DNA of 63,589 nucleotides, filler included, from Reticulomyxa filosa (GCA_000512085.1; 15 parts of 15 records of this genome joined end to end with filler, not necessarily neighbours in it), one strand, 5' to 3'; positions 13,103 to 26,960 are shown, numbered from the whole stretch's first letter. The notes: generated by a model from the sequence alone, not told the origin. A program made the numbers and translations.

Positions 13103-13145
13103 CTGTGTTTTATTTCTTAGAACAATTTGCTCTTTAACTTGAAAG
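13103..13145 (+). repeat. Dispersed repeat copy, similar to 26233-26276
   Basis: ctgtgttttatttcttagaacaatttgctctttaacttgaaag vs ctgtgttctatttcttagaacgaggtgctctcttaacttgaaag. Confidence 0.75.
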
Positions 13146-13149
13146 GACT

Positions 13150-13915
13150 AAGTTTATGCATTATTGATAGAATTGCGATTTGAATATGAATTATTAGCCC
13201 AACATAATTGACATTCCGCACTGCAATCCATCTAAAATGACGCTGTTTTATTCACTACGATTTCATTAAATGATATCTTCAACTAATGGACTTTATTGTG
13301 TTTCTGTACACTGATCGATACTTTAATGTTTGTTTCCTTTGTAAATCACTTTGTTCCAATCGTTGATTTTCCAACACTTATGGCGCAATCTATCCATGAC
13401 CAATGTTGCGGAAATATTACTTTCTTAATTTCATGTTCTGCTTCTAAGTGTTTGTTTGATTTATTTTTTTTCATTTTTCTATTCTTTGTTTTATTTTTTT
13501 TTAATGATAGTTGCCTCATGTATAAATCTAATACTCAGATTCTTTTGCTCTTTGATCTTTTTGGCTTGATCTTCTGTTTTATAATAATATTTACTACTTA
13601 CATAGATTTCTTTGAACGATAAATCGTTTTAATCTAGTAACCTTTGTCATCTAATTCTGATTGTATATATTCAATTTCCTATTCAATAAATTTATTTCAC
13701 AGCTAAATTCTTTGTCTTGAATTCATTAGCAAATATATTAAACATTATGTATTTACTAGATCATACACGTGATGTTTTAAATTGAATTTGTGTTGAAATT
13801 GTTATATGTGCTGCAATAAAAAAAATTTATCTTTTTTGTTATTTGGATATCCTAATGACTGTTTAGTTTGATTTATCATCCAAGTCCACTTGACTGGATT
13901 TACACAGCGTAATCA
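13150..13915 (-). mobile_element. Possible highly decayed retroelement remnant
   Basis: Shares the flanking repeat with the LINE remnant at 26233; minus-strand AATCCAGTCAAGTGGACTTGGA resembles a frameshifted RNase H NPGxGGxG; many stops. Confidence 0.3.
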
Positions 13916-14439
13916 AAAAGAAAATATTTTTAATTTTAAGGAGAACAAAACTTTTATTTAAAAAAAGACATGCAAAACTTTTACCATAGTCAAAAATATT
14001 GCACCAAAAAATAAAAATTAGCTAAAAAATTATAAAAAACACAAAAAAAAGCTATTATACAGAAAAGCACAAAATATATAACAATTTATGCAAAAGCAAA
14101 GCTTGTCACTTTCAATGTAATTTTTTCACTTAATTTAAAGTTACAATTTTGTTCACACTTTTATTAAAAGCCAAACACCTTTTGGTCCCCACGACTTAGA
14201 GATATTGATTGTCCATGGATAAATTTCTAGAGCTAATCTTTTTTATTCTTGAAGAGTATCGACATTCTTATTTCAAATTAAAATTCGCAACAAAATAATT
14301 TATGAAATTTTTATTTTTTGAAAGGTGGTTGTCTGATTATTTATATTTTAGATTTCCTTCTTGAAGTGTCTAAGTTCAAAAACGTTGGTTTGAATGAAAC
14401 CCTTTTTTATCAAGCTTCACTAAAGCGAGCAGCTGAACA

Positions 14440-16234
14440 ATGAGTTTCTGGCTGGTTATCTTTTTTGTGGGATTTTTATTGGAATTAGCATTGACTGGAC
14501 AACATTACTATCGACTTAGGACTGATAGCACAGGAATCTACGTAGCGCAATGCAACGTTTCCTATGATTCCACCCATATACAATCACCGACCTTTGGATC
14601 CACTGGTTATGTCAGTTACACAGTGCCACTTGGAGCCATATCCCCACGTATGGTGTGTTGGGCACTCTCCGAAAGTGTCATATTTGATTTAACCTGGCCA
14701 AAAATGACTGCGCATCATTGCATGACCGGTAACTGTTTTTTTTCGTGATTTTATTGCTTTTTTAATTTTAATTTTTTAAAAAAAACGGTGCCCACGTATC
14801 CTGATAATGATAAAAAAAGTGGCCGGCACGACAAGTAACATCCACTATTTGAATTCCACATGCCCTTCCAGCTACACTGGTGTGCCTACCACGAGTCCCA
14901 CAAAAATTCCAACAAAAATGCCAACAACAAAATCTCCAACAACAAAATCGCCAACAAAAGTTCCTACAAAACTTCCCACTAAAATTCCAACAAAAGTTCC
15001 TACAAGGCTTCCAACAAAGCCTCCTACAAAAGTTCCCACTAAAGTTCCAACAAAAGTTCCCACAAAGCTTCCAACAAAACCTCCAACAAAATTCCAACAA
15101 AATTCCAACAAAATTCCAACAAAATCCCAACAAAACCTCCCACAAAATTTCCCACAAAATTTCCCACAAAACCCCCTACAAGACACCCCACGACGCTGCC
15201 AACAAAAATGCCGACACAAGTGCCAACGAACCTGCCAACATATCTTCCCACAAACCGGCCAACAACAAAAATACCAACGAAAACGCCAACTAACATTCCA
15301 ACACAGCTTCCAACTAGAATTCCAACCAAAACTCCAAGCAAAACTCCCACGCAAGTTCCAACCGCAGAGATAGTAGTAACCACAACCACAATGTTACCGA
15401 CTCGACGACCTACTAATGTGCCATTCGATATCCCAACTACAATGCCATCTTCCACTGTCAGTCCGTCACGTGGGCCCACGGCATACGTATATGCTTCCAC
15501 AGGACATCCCACTCATTCGTCTTTGTTGCAATCTACGTACATAACTGCAAGTCCAACCAGTTTTGTTTTCGATTTTGTTTTATTTTTCTGCACGTTGACA
15601 CTTTGCTCACTTTTTTTGACAGCAAACAATCGGGGGTCCGTGTCAAGTACGCATACTACAGAAAATCTCAACTCCTGGCTGATTTTTGTACTTGTCGGTT
15701 TGATCGTTCTGCTGCTTATCGTATGCGTCGTTTGTTTGCATTCCAATTTCCGTTCCAAATATTTGATCAAAAGTCTGGCCGCCCAGGTTGATAACGTTTG
15801 TGCGTTCTCAACAGCAAGGGCAGACAAATAATGACACTAACATATCTTTGCAAAAAGTGCTGAGTGTGAGCATTGAAACAAATAAAGATGTCACTCAACC
15901 AGTTTTGTATTTGTTTTTTACATATACGTTTTATAATAAGAAGGTTAATTTTTTATTTCTGTCTGTTTATTATCAAAAATGTTATTGATGTTTCCAGAAA
16001 GTGCAAGAAGGACGACAACACAGAAGAAAGAAAACCGACAAAGACAACAAAATGAAGAATGTGGTCAATAAAAGCAGCGATTTGGTCACAGAGAAAGAGC
16101 AAAGTCGTAACGAAAGCGAAAGCAACTCTGAAATGTATCCGCCAAAAGAAGGCCAAGGACCTGAAGGAGGAAATGAAGCGCTTGAAACAAATGACGTGAC
16201 AGATCATGGCACAACGCAATCGGCCCAAGAATAG
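14440..16234 (+). CDS. Mucin-like type I membrane protein: signal peptide, small Cys-containing domain, PT-repeat stalk, one TM helix, acidic tail
   Basis: MSFWLVIFFVGFLLELALTG signal; (PTK[IVL])n; TM WLIFVLVGLIVLLLIVCVVCL; homopolymer frameshifts inside the repeat. Confidence 0.75.
14885..15365 (+). repeat. 12-bp-period coding tandem repeat (ccaacaaaaatt-like) encoding PTK-x
   Basis: Directly visible. Confidence 0.9.
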
Positions 16235-17361
16235 AATATGTTTCATGTAACATATATTTTTCTTTTTTTTGCACTTTAAAATTTTTTGTTCCGAACAAAA
16301 AATTTTTGACCTAAAAAAACAGTTTTGATAACACTGTTCTTTTCTTGTCACTGATGATATCATCAAACATTGGATGATGTTATTGTGCTGGCGATCATTG
16401 TGTTGGGTCAACTGGCTTTTCATTTGCACTTCATTGACTCCTATTTTATCTGGAGCACATGGTGTTGCAAAAATAACTGTTATCAAATAGTCTGTATGAA
16501 AGTGATCATCTGTTTTTTTTGTTGCACTTTATCAAGTTTATCTTGTTTTGTTTTTTAGTATTGTGAATTTATCCTCAATTATTAAGAGTGGTGTTGTATT
16601 TACGACGTTGAACTTTTCTTCAAATTTTAGAAATGCAATCCGAATTATTGGATGATTACTTTTTTATTCTTTGTATCTATGAGCCAAATCTTTTTTGTTC
16701 ACAAAAGGTACCCCAAGACAATTCAAAAATGTATTTTTTAAATCTTGCTCAGACTGGTTTGCTCAAATTTTCACTCTTTTTTTTTCTTGCACAAACAGTC
16801 CTGCTTTATTTGAAAGGAACGTGTTTTCGTCACAAAAACTTGCGAAAGACAAGGAAAAGTTTCTGAAGAGGCAGATTAGGCGTAATAGTATCTGCATCTT
16901 TTAGACAAATCCAGAAAAAATGAATAACTACTTACTAAAAAGACAAGGGAATGAAATAAAAGCTCAACGGAAAGTTTTTAAGGGAAAGTCTAAATTTTCT
17001 TGGATTAATACATAGAAAGTAAAATGTACTGACAAATTGCAGTACAACAGATTCCTTTTTTGAGGTCTTTCAATTGACAACGAAAAAGAAAGAATAGAAA
17101 AATGTAAGTGTATCGCAGAGCGAGTTACTGACATGCGGTTGGCACAAATTCATAAAAAAAATATCTTTCTTTCAACATCAATAGTTAACAGAAACAATTT
17201 TTTGCACTTGATTTATTTTGCAAACGTTTTTTTGTTTTGACAAGATACAAAACCTTAAAATTCCTTTTTTGGAATTTTACAGAAACAATTTTTAACATCA
17301 TTTTTAATAAACCTATTCATATATTTTTTTTAAGTTATTTGAAACAAAAAGCAAAAAACTT

Positions 17362-20157
17362 ATGGCATCCACAGAACCAGAAAAAAAAGAAACGACAACG
17401 GAACAAGATCAAAAAGAGGCACAAAAAACAGCGACCTCCCCACTGCGAATGGCAAAACTATTCGAGGAGCTGTTCACACAATATGACAAAAACGGTGACG
17501 GATTAATCGACTACGAGGAATGGAACGACATAATCCATAAAAGTGATGAAACGGCATTGAGTCATTTATCGGAAAGCGACGCACTAGGATTGTTTAACAT
17601 ATTGTCTGATAACACGGGCTTTATCAAGTACCCAGCACTAGTGGACGAACTAACGTTGGCAGCACAGCAAAACCCAACTATGCAGGCAAATGAATTCGTC
17701 AATTCTTTTTTTGCGAGATATTTTGCTGTGCAGTCGCGCTCAGATTTGCATTCACCCGCCAATGCAGTGAATGGTTTGCAGCACGCCAATACCTCTCGGA
17801 TGTTATTATCAGTTTTGTGATATTAAAAAAAGTTGCTTTAAAAAAAGAGGGATGGAAAAAATATGACAAAAAAAAAGGACAACCCACAAGACGTTGTAGA
17901 CGGATTGCAAAAGAAAAACGACGCGTTGAAACAACAATTGAAAGACAAAGAGGTGGAATGGGCAGAGGAAAAGATAAGCATGGAAACGCGAATCCAACGT
18001 CTGGAATTGCTGAACGAGCAATTCAAAGCAGACAATGAGGAAATGGCTACGGCATTGAACAATATGAGAACGATGGAAATGGAGCGAGATATGAACAAAG
18101 AAGATAAGAATATAATGAAAGAGCAAATGTTTGAAATGGAAGACGATATACGTCGTGTACACGATGAATTGGAACGAGTGACGGGAATGAATGCCCATCT
18201 GAAGCAACAGATCGACGCAAACAACGAACAAAAAAAAAATTGGTGGACGAGAATCGGATGCTTTTAAATGAAAAGCAAGACCTAATCCAAGAGCTGAAGC
18301 TGATCGAAATGAAAATGCAAGCCACTCAAGTCAAATTCGACGACATGTCCGATAAGTATAACCAGCTCATTCTGCAAATGGAAGAAATGGAGCAATTTTA
18401 TAAACAGCAAGTTTGATTTTATTGTCTCTTCGTTCCATTGCTTCTTTTTCTTTGTGTGAGCCATTACACTGTGTAGACTTTTTCTGTTGCTTGTTTGCGT
18501 AGCTGCGCCAGATGGAATTGCGCTTGCACGAGCAACAATTAGACTCAAATATGATGAACGCCACCACTCGACAGCCAAGTGTGGCTGTAATCAATACCAA
18601 CGTTGCAAGATATCGCAGTGGTACTGTTCATATGGTATGTGTTGCCAAAAAAGGTCGTCTCATTCTTTTCTTCCTTCGCTTTTTCTAAAAATAAATCATT
18701 TGTGTTGGAAAAAAGCCAGGAACAATAGACATGGACCTCTCTCCTCGTGACTTCAGTACATCGCAGAGAGGGAGAACGCCATCGATTGGAGGCAGATCAG
18801 CGACCACTCCTTTGGACTTGGGTAACGTAGCACCACAGCGCAAAATGACAAACCAAGATTTGTTCGAGTTTTACAAAGAACATCATCGCAGAAATTCGCT
18901 GACTGCTCCTTCTATCAAACACGGACGAAGCGAGTCAAGTTTGACCGTTGACGAACACAAAGTGGACGAAAGCAGCTCAAGCCAATCGCGCAACAGCCAA
19001 TGGATTCCCAAAGTGGAAGCCATATTGCAGGAACAAATGCGTGGGGTAAAGCAAATGATTCGAAGCGAAATGGAACAGCTCGGACGAGATCTGGTTAATT
19101 CCACCACCCTTTCGAAACACGCCAATCCCAATTCCGATGGGCCCTTGCAGGACTCAAATCAACACACGGTTGACCAAAGTCAAAATATACACATTGAACA
19201 AGCATTGCATGGAGTCGAAGCCCTACTCGACAAAAAATTGCAAGACCTTGTCTCTCAAATCTTGGAAAGTGAGAGAGATGCTCAGGTTGGTTGTTCTTAT
19301 TATCACACAACATATACATATATGCATATATGGATGTGTACAGGTACGTATATTTGAATTATATTTTTGTTTGTTTGTTTGATCTGCCTTCCATTTAGTC
19401 GAATATGTTGGTGAAAGTACTGCAAGACCAAATTGAAGAATACAAAAGCAAAGTCGCATCAGCGACAGCCAATGCAAACAAGCCGCAAAACAGTGAAAAC
19501 ACGGAAGTGGTGACATTGCCCTCTTCACAACAACTGGCACAATTGACCAATTATTTCGAAAAATCAGATGAAAATATTCAAGGATTGACTCGTGAAATGA
19601 AACAATTTTTGGAAGAAATGCGGTCGAATCAAGAAAGACCCGAACCAGACTCAAGCGCAAGAGATAACAATCCTTTGTTTCCCGTACAACCACCATCTTC
19701 CACGAATGGTGCTGACATCAATGAAACTCTGAGACAAATGACAACAAATGTGAGTCAATCATTGCAGGGAATATCCAAACAATTGGAACAACTAAAATTG
19801 GAAAATACAAAGATCTTGGAAGAAAATGAACGAATTAAGTTGAGATTATGCTTACATACGTAACATACGCATTCTTTGTAATTATCACACTTGTTTTATG
19901 TTTAATTATGACAAAGGGAACAAAACCGAGATTTAATTGAGACAGTGAAAGAGCTGACAAATGAAAAGGATGAACTAGCCGAGAACAAACGCGTAATGAT
20001 GCAAAAATTGAACGAAGAAATGAATGCTTTAAGGAGGCAAGTCACAGAAATTGGAAAACAACAAATGCAATTTGAAATGGATCAACAAGCAAGGGATGAC
20101 CGTGATCAACAAAGTTGGCTTGGTGGGCTATTTAAAAGTCCTTGGATGAGCTTGTAA
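17362..20157 (+). CDS. EF-hand plus long coiled-coil protein, multi-exon
   Basis: Canonical EF loop DKNGDGLIDYEE; coiled-coil exons joined by GT-AG introns (e.g. 17812-17877); C-terminus SWLGGLFKSPWMSL. Confidence 0.7.
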
Positions 20158-20994
20158 AGATTGTCTTTATATTTTTGGGTTTGTGTTGTGCCTTTTTGTT
20201 TTTTTTTTTGCTTTTTTGCTTTTGTAACCATAGTCTCAAATGTAGCAATGCTCGATTTGTTAATTTTACACTCTTTTTGCTAAATCCAAACAAAATTTTT
20301 TGCTATGTTTGGACTCCAAATTAAAAAAACAGGACGTGTTCAAAAACAGTTAAATCCAATGTAATTTTTCAATAAAATATGAATATTTGATTGTATATAA
20401 ATATACGACATTTGGGCTGGAGTAGAATTTTACGGACAATTCTAAAACTACACCATTTCTTGTCTTTGAAAAAGGATTTGCTTGTAAAGTGAGACAGTGT
20501 TGGTTTAAAATCTAATAGGAGAGCCCACGGCTCTTCAGTAAGGGACATTACGACAAAAAGGGGTCAAATTGTCGTTTTAAATTCTTCTCTATGTTTCTTC
20601 TTGAAGTAAAGTAAAATATTGTTTCTTTGGAGAAATATTTGCACAAAATGTTGACGGCATTTAAACAAAAATTTTCTTTCTTGTGTAAAGGCACAGTGTC
20701 AGAAACAGCTTTCTAAAAAAAAGGTGTTTAAAGAGTCAAAGAAAAAACGCAACTTTTGACGAAAAGTGGTTCTTTCAGTCTTTTCTTTTTAACGGTCTGA
20801 CAAAATATATGCGCGCGAGTGAAATGCAAATAAATCCCTGGAAAGTTCTACGAGTTTTTTTTGAACCAAAAGAAAACGAAAAAAAACGGAAAAGATAAAG
20901 CGCCGAGATTACAATAGAAAAAAATAATAACATTTCACCGAGCACAAAAGCAAAACCAACAGAAAAAAAAAATTAAACGAGAAAAAAAATTGAT

Positions 20995-21971
20995 TCACTT
21001 ATCCATTTCGATTTGCAGCAAAACCTTAGCACTCAAATATTCATGAACACCACGATTCAATATTCCACCAATACCATAAGAAGGCAGGATCCTGGCCATT
21101 CGGGCGATTGCTGTTTTTCCATATTCTTTTCGAACAAACTTCAAGTGATCCGCCCACGTGCCTTGTTTATTGTTATACAGGTCAGAGCCCAGCAAATGCA
21201 ACGGTGTTGACAGCAGTTGGATTGAAACCGGGCAAACAATTTGGGTGAGCAGCAAAGCGCTTTTATACGTGGGAAAATATCCCTCTTTGTGTAACTTCGC
21301 AGCTAAATAAGGAGGCAGGTTGAATGACATTGCAATCGTCATGCAGTCCCTTGTCAGCCACAGCAAAAGCGATGCTACTGGTACCTTGGAAGGAGGAACC
21401 AACCCAAACATGCGAGTAAACGCACGGTCTTTGGCAATGCATATCGATATGTTGACAAAACTCACACCGATAAATTTTGGTATATCTTTGTTCAGATGAT
21501 GTCGTTCACACACATGCTCAATCAAATTCGCACTCACATAAGTGGAGGAATAAAGGGTTGCAATCCAACGAAAGGAAGGATGGCCAAAAAATTTGCCTGG
21601 TCTATTTTTTTTTTAAAAACGCATCCTTATCGATCCATTTGCCAAAAAATTAAGCACATAACACAGCAGCAAAAAAAAAAACAACAAACTGCTTGAAAAC
21701 ACCAGCAACAGTTTGCTTTAAAGAATCAGTCATCCGGCATTGACCACTGGCATTTTGAAAGATTGCTTTGTCAACTGTTGTTTAAAGAAGTGCAAGAAAA
21801 TTGGTAAACAAAAAAAAGTAACGGGCAACAGTAAATAAATATAAAAATTTGATCGGTCATACCTGTTGTGATAAAAGGTGCCATTCCTAGACCAGCACTC
21901 AAAGCTGCTGCCAGGTCCACAAAAACACGGTGAAACACTGGTAATCGCAGTCTTGCTGGCTCAGAATCCAT
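20995..21971 (-). CDS. Mitochondrial-carrier-like membrane protein (S. pombe C365.16-like family), 3 exons
   Basis: APFITTVDKAIFQNASG, KDRAFTRMFG, RDCMTIAMSFNLP, QLLSTPLHLLGSDLYN, RMARILPSYGIGG. Confidence 0.7.
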
Positions 21972-24233
21972 GACTTCTTTGATTAAGAAACAAATGAAAG
22001 TACAAAACGGTTTTTTTCGACCATAAGACGTTTTTTTCTTTCCCCGTTTGTTTCTGCTACTCCCTTCTCAAGGGACTTTTTTGCTAGTTAAAAAACTTCA
22101 AAGAATATTTGACTCCGATTTTATCCTTTAAATTTTGAAAAAAAACGTTAGATATGTGAAATTTCAAGCTGATATACTGTCCAATTTGCTATAACAATTG
22201 TAATTACTCGAGAACAAAGCTTCTTCAAACGAAGAAATACAAAAATATCGAAGTGGTTCAATTTCAATAAAATACAATGGTACCAAAAACTATAAACTTT
22301 GCAGACAAAGACTAAAAATTGTTCGGAAAACTATTTTTTACAAGTAAAAAATGCTTTACAAAAAATTAAAATCAGAAATGTACGGAATTTTAGTGTATGT
22401 TTCTGGGCAATGCAAATCTGCGATGAACGCTTAACACGATTTATATTAGCGAAAAATGGATTTCCTGCTTACATTTTTCCCATATCGTATTTTTGTGTGA
22501 AGTTCCAAAAACATTCAGCAATAAAAATTTATAAAAATTCATATAGTAATGATCTGTTTCAAAAGATGTTCTTTCGACATACATCTTGAAAAATATTGGC
22601 CAATTAAAGTATGCAATAGCAGACATAATATTTGCATTAAACAGGGTTTGCAAATAAAGTGAACATTATCAAGCAAATTTTCTAAAAAAAAGATTATTTT
22701 CAAACGTGTACAAATTAAAGTTGGCTTAATGAGGCCTATCATTCAATATTAGTGTTTCTTTGCAAAAAAATGCCAACTGTATTGCTACTCTTTCAGACAA
22801 AAAAATTGAGGTTCAAAAACACTAAAATTTGAGAAAGAACGAAATCAAATCAGAAGAATCTATAAACGTGAATATAGATTTCTTTCAAACTCTAGCTCCT
22901 TACTAGTTCACTTTCGTGCTGAACGTTTGGCGCACAAATGAGAAATACTCATTTATACGAGTAACTTTGAAAGGCGTTGTTATTCTTCGTGCATTCAAAA
23001 TGTATGGTTGTGTTCTTTCCAAGTGATACCGAGTTTAGATTATTTTTAAAAATAGTGATTTTGTCTGATTGGTTTGGATAAGCATTTACTTATTCTAATG
23101 AAAATTATGGCAGCACGAAGTATTGAATAATTTAATTGGTGATGACACAATATAGTGGACAAACCAGCTGCGAATCACAACAGATATAAGGGTTTTTTTG
23201 TTTTACTGTACTTGAAAATGTCATCATTGAAAATTTAAGATTGTCCAATTTCAAATCTTCCAAGAGAAATTTGAGTTAACATTTATTTTCAATCATTTTA
23301 ATCAAAGGAAACAAGGATTCAAATTGAATATTATTCAGCTTACTAATAAAGATTGTCCACAGTTACATCATCTTTCAAAACGCGCTTAACATTGTGTTTA
23401 AATGGGTTTATTCCAATAAAATATCTTTTGATTTTTTGTGCAGATTTTTTTACTTCAAAAATCAAATTAGTAGTGATAATTTGTTCAACTCTTTATCTTG
23501 AAGTAATAGTCGGGCACTATATCAATAGTTTAAACTTATACAAAATAGACATCATCATAATGTGTATATAATATATATCAAAATGTACAACAGAGAAAAG
23601 ATATCTAAAGCTATGATGGTTGTGAAACAANNNNNNNNNNNNNNNNNNNNNNNNNNNNNNNNNNNNNNNNNNNNTTAATTAATTAANNNNNNNNNNNNNN
23701 NNNNNNNNNNNNNNNNNNNNNNNNNNNNNNTTCAACGAAATGGAAATGGTTTACTTTTTTTATTCAACGAAATGACTTTTTTATTCAACGAAAAATGGTT
23801 AATCAAACTTTTATAAATAACTACTTTTATTTAAGCATGTCATTTGTAGAAATATATTTCATATCTACACTGCAATGTTAGCAAAAGTATTTTTAAGAAC
23901 TGTAAAATATTGTACAAAGCAAAGGATAATGATATACATTATGCATTATGTAAGACTTTGGATCGCTTTTGTCATTGCTATCTCCAGTTTTATTTTACAT
24001 AATGTTCATATAATCAAATGTTATTTGATGTAGACATAAATTTATACTCGTATTTGAGTTCCCGATAAGCATAACAATTCTTTTTTTCACGATCTCCATA
24101 AATGATAATAATATCTGGCAAATGATAATTTTTTGCAGGGTGAAAGTAATCTAAATTGTAAAATTCATAACGTCAAAAGTGCACAAAATACTTTAATATT
24201 TAATTTCAAATGATGTTCACCATACAATAACAT

Positions 24234-24308
24234 TACAAGAAAAAAGATCCTATTATATTATGTGGTCCACCTGGTAATGGTAAAACTATGACACTTGTAG
24301 ATATTTAA
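24234..24308 (+). pseudogene. Tiny fragment of cytoplasmic dynein heavy chain AAA3 P-loop
   Basis: PIILCGPPGNGKTMTL (24249-24296) versus dynein PLVLCGPPGSGKTMTL; flanked by a frameshift and a stop. Confidence 0.7.
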
Positions 24309-24988
24309 AGTAAAGTTAGTTTTTCATGGATAAAATCGATTATTTTATAAAGTAGCATAATAGCTTTTTTTTGTAAACTACTGCAATGACAAATCATTTT
24401 TAATGTAGTATTGACGTTTTGGTGAACAAGATTTGATAGTTATCTTTGCAACATTTGAGTCAATGTCTAAATCATGATTGGATCTGAAAGTGTTAACAAA
24501 TTATACTATCAAAACCTAAGAAATTTCCATGTTTAAGAAATTATTTGAGAAAGGACTTTCCTTTTTCTTTGACTGTAGCTTTTCTCATTTTGCAGAGGAA
24601 AAAGAAAGATATATAATTTGACATTGATTTTTTTGATAAAATTACTCTTTGTAAATAAGTCTATGAAAAAACAATTTTTGACATAACAATAAATAATAAT
24701 AGAAAAAAAATAAATGAAATGAAATAAAGTAGAAGTACAATAATTGTAATAATTAATTCATTTCTTTTTTATCATCTCATTTTTCATGTGTATCAAACAT
24801 ATTCAAATATTATTTCCCTCATTGTAATTACTTAAATTCTTTGAAGAAATATGATTACAATACAAGCAAAACTATTCAAAATTTACAAAAAGCAATACAA
24901 GATTGAAATTTTTAAAACAATTAGAAAAGATTATTTGGGTAAAGGAAAAGTTCTACAAAAAGATTTTTATTTTATTCAATATCTGGAC

Positions 24989-26132
24989 ATGGAAGACGAA
25001 ATATTGTTCTTCTTGAAAAATCCATCTCTTGAAATGAAACAGGAACAGGCAGAGGCATTGTGTAAAGTGCTTCGTGATGATCAAAACTGTAAGTCTGTGG
25101 AGGACGTTGTCAAACAAACAGAAACAGCAAAAAAAAGGTTGTTCAATACAATCAAGAACATATCCAAAAAATCAAACATTCCAATTCCTGAGAAGTATGT
25201 CTTATGAATTATGTAATACTGGATAGTTAAACAATGAAAAAGCAAGCAATATTTTTTTAAAAAAAAACAGAAGCAAAGAAGTTGTACTGGTTTCCAAAGT
25301 GATAAAAACAACTAATAGTGCCTATGTGACATTGAAGGTACAATTACTACGTATATCCTAAAGAAAAAAATTGACTCTTTTTTTTTTAAAAAAAAAAATA
25401 TTATGTCAATGCAATAGAACAACATACAAGTAATGATTCACTTGAGTGATGAAATTGAATGTTATTATTCTATCAATGAATCAAGCATGTATTCTAAAGA
25501 CGCTTTAGTATCTAGCGAAGAGTCAACAACTCAAATTGTACCACTTTCAATGCATTCAAAAGGACAGAAGCAAAAAAGGTGCAATATATATTATGTATAT
25601 ATGTACATGTGTACATATGTATGCATTATCCATAAAGGTATTTGCTTAAATGTCCAAATTTAAAAATGGCAATAAAGGTGGTTTTTTGGAAAGCTGGAGT
25701 TACTTCAATATCGGGAGTAGAGCCAAGAGAGAATGATATTGTGCAATTTCATTTGCGATTGATAAATAATAAACGGCACCAAATGCACGTGAAACTGGCG
25801 TCACACACACACACTCCGCCGTTTGGTTTTTATTTTTTTGCAAATTGTAACAGACCAATTACACACTTTTGCTTTGCTTGTTTTATTTAGATTTGAACAC
25901 ACGGAAAATGCGAGCAAGCCCATTTTCGGGAAGTGCAATGCAAGCACTGGAAGCTTTTAATGATGACAATCAAGCCTCGGATAATAGAAGTTGTCGCATA
26001 TATTTTATTTTTGTTTGTTTTTTTAAAAAAATATAATCTTTTTCATCCTTGTAATCTTAGAGTGGTTTACGAGCAATTCAACTGAAAACATATTTAATTG
26101 TGTGAAGAAAGTGATTGAGGCGTGCATACGAA
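24989..26132 (+). CDS. Hypothetical multi-exon gene, 3'-truncated
   Basis: ATG 24989 (MEDEILFFLKNP...), successive open exons with GT-AG boundaries; no family recognised. Confidence 0.45.
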
Positions 26133-26232
26133 NNNNNNNNNNNNNNNNNNNNNNNNNNNNNNNNNNNNNNNNNNNNTTAATTAATTAANNNNNNNNNNNN
26201 NNNNNNNNNNNNNNNNNNNNNNNNNNNNNNNN

Positions 26233-26960
26233 CTGTGTTCTATTTCTTAGAACGAGGTGCTCTCTTAACTTGAAAGTCTTCCAAGAATCTGTGAAATGTT
26301 TGTATGTTATTGTTGTTTACTTTTGTAAAGCAGGATGTTGTTTAGTACTGTACCTTTTTGGTGAGGTGCTTGCTTCTTTCTGTTATTCCTTTGAATTCAA
26401 CTTTTGGCGTCAAATTTTTCTCTCTAAAAAAAACACACACAAAATAAAAATAAAATGATTGATCAAATGGATGAAATCAAAATTCGAAAAAGAATTAAAA
26501 GAAGCAAGATTTTATTATAATTTGTGGAGATTGGAATGCACATCACTCTGCTTGGTTAGACAAGAATATTGATGATATTGGTGAATCAGTGATGGACTTT
26601 ATCAGAAATAACAATTTACAAATAATGAATGGAATTTAAGAAGTGATAAATGGGACTTGTCTCGACAAATACTTGGAATGAAATTGAGATAATGGAAAAA
26701 GAATATTCTATGTGGAATCAAAATAATCAACAATTATTAGATGTTGCTGTGGAATCTTGGACTAATTTTGTGATGGAATCAGCAAAGCAAAGTATTGGAA
26801 TAATTTGGAAGCATGTCCATCGATTGAAAAGAAAGTATATAAAAAAACAAAACTGAAGTAAACTACAAGAGATACAAATGGGCAATACAATCAAAAAGAA
26901 AATTGAAACAGAAACGATAATGTTTGATCAAGAGTATCGAATCATTGAATGAAGATTATC
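26233..26960 (+). mobile_element. Decayed non-LTR (LINE) retrotransposon, APE endonuclease region
   Basis: 26514-26639 reads IIICGDWNAHHSAWLDKNIDDIGESVMDFIRNNNLQIMNG (GDxNAHHxxW and NLxxxN motifs), followed by a WTNFVMESAKQSI linker; internal deletions and stops. Confidence 0.8.

Noticed and set aside
14768-15512. Long antisense and alternative-frame ORFs over the PT repeat (also 10838-11503 and 43515-44366)
   Set aside because: Shadow ORFs caused by repeats and codon bias of real genes
23731-23800. Three copies of ttcaacgaaa
   Set aside because: Too short with irregular spacing; local slippage, not a CRISPR array
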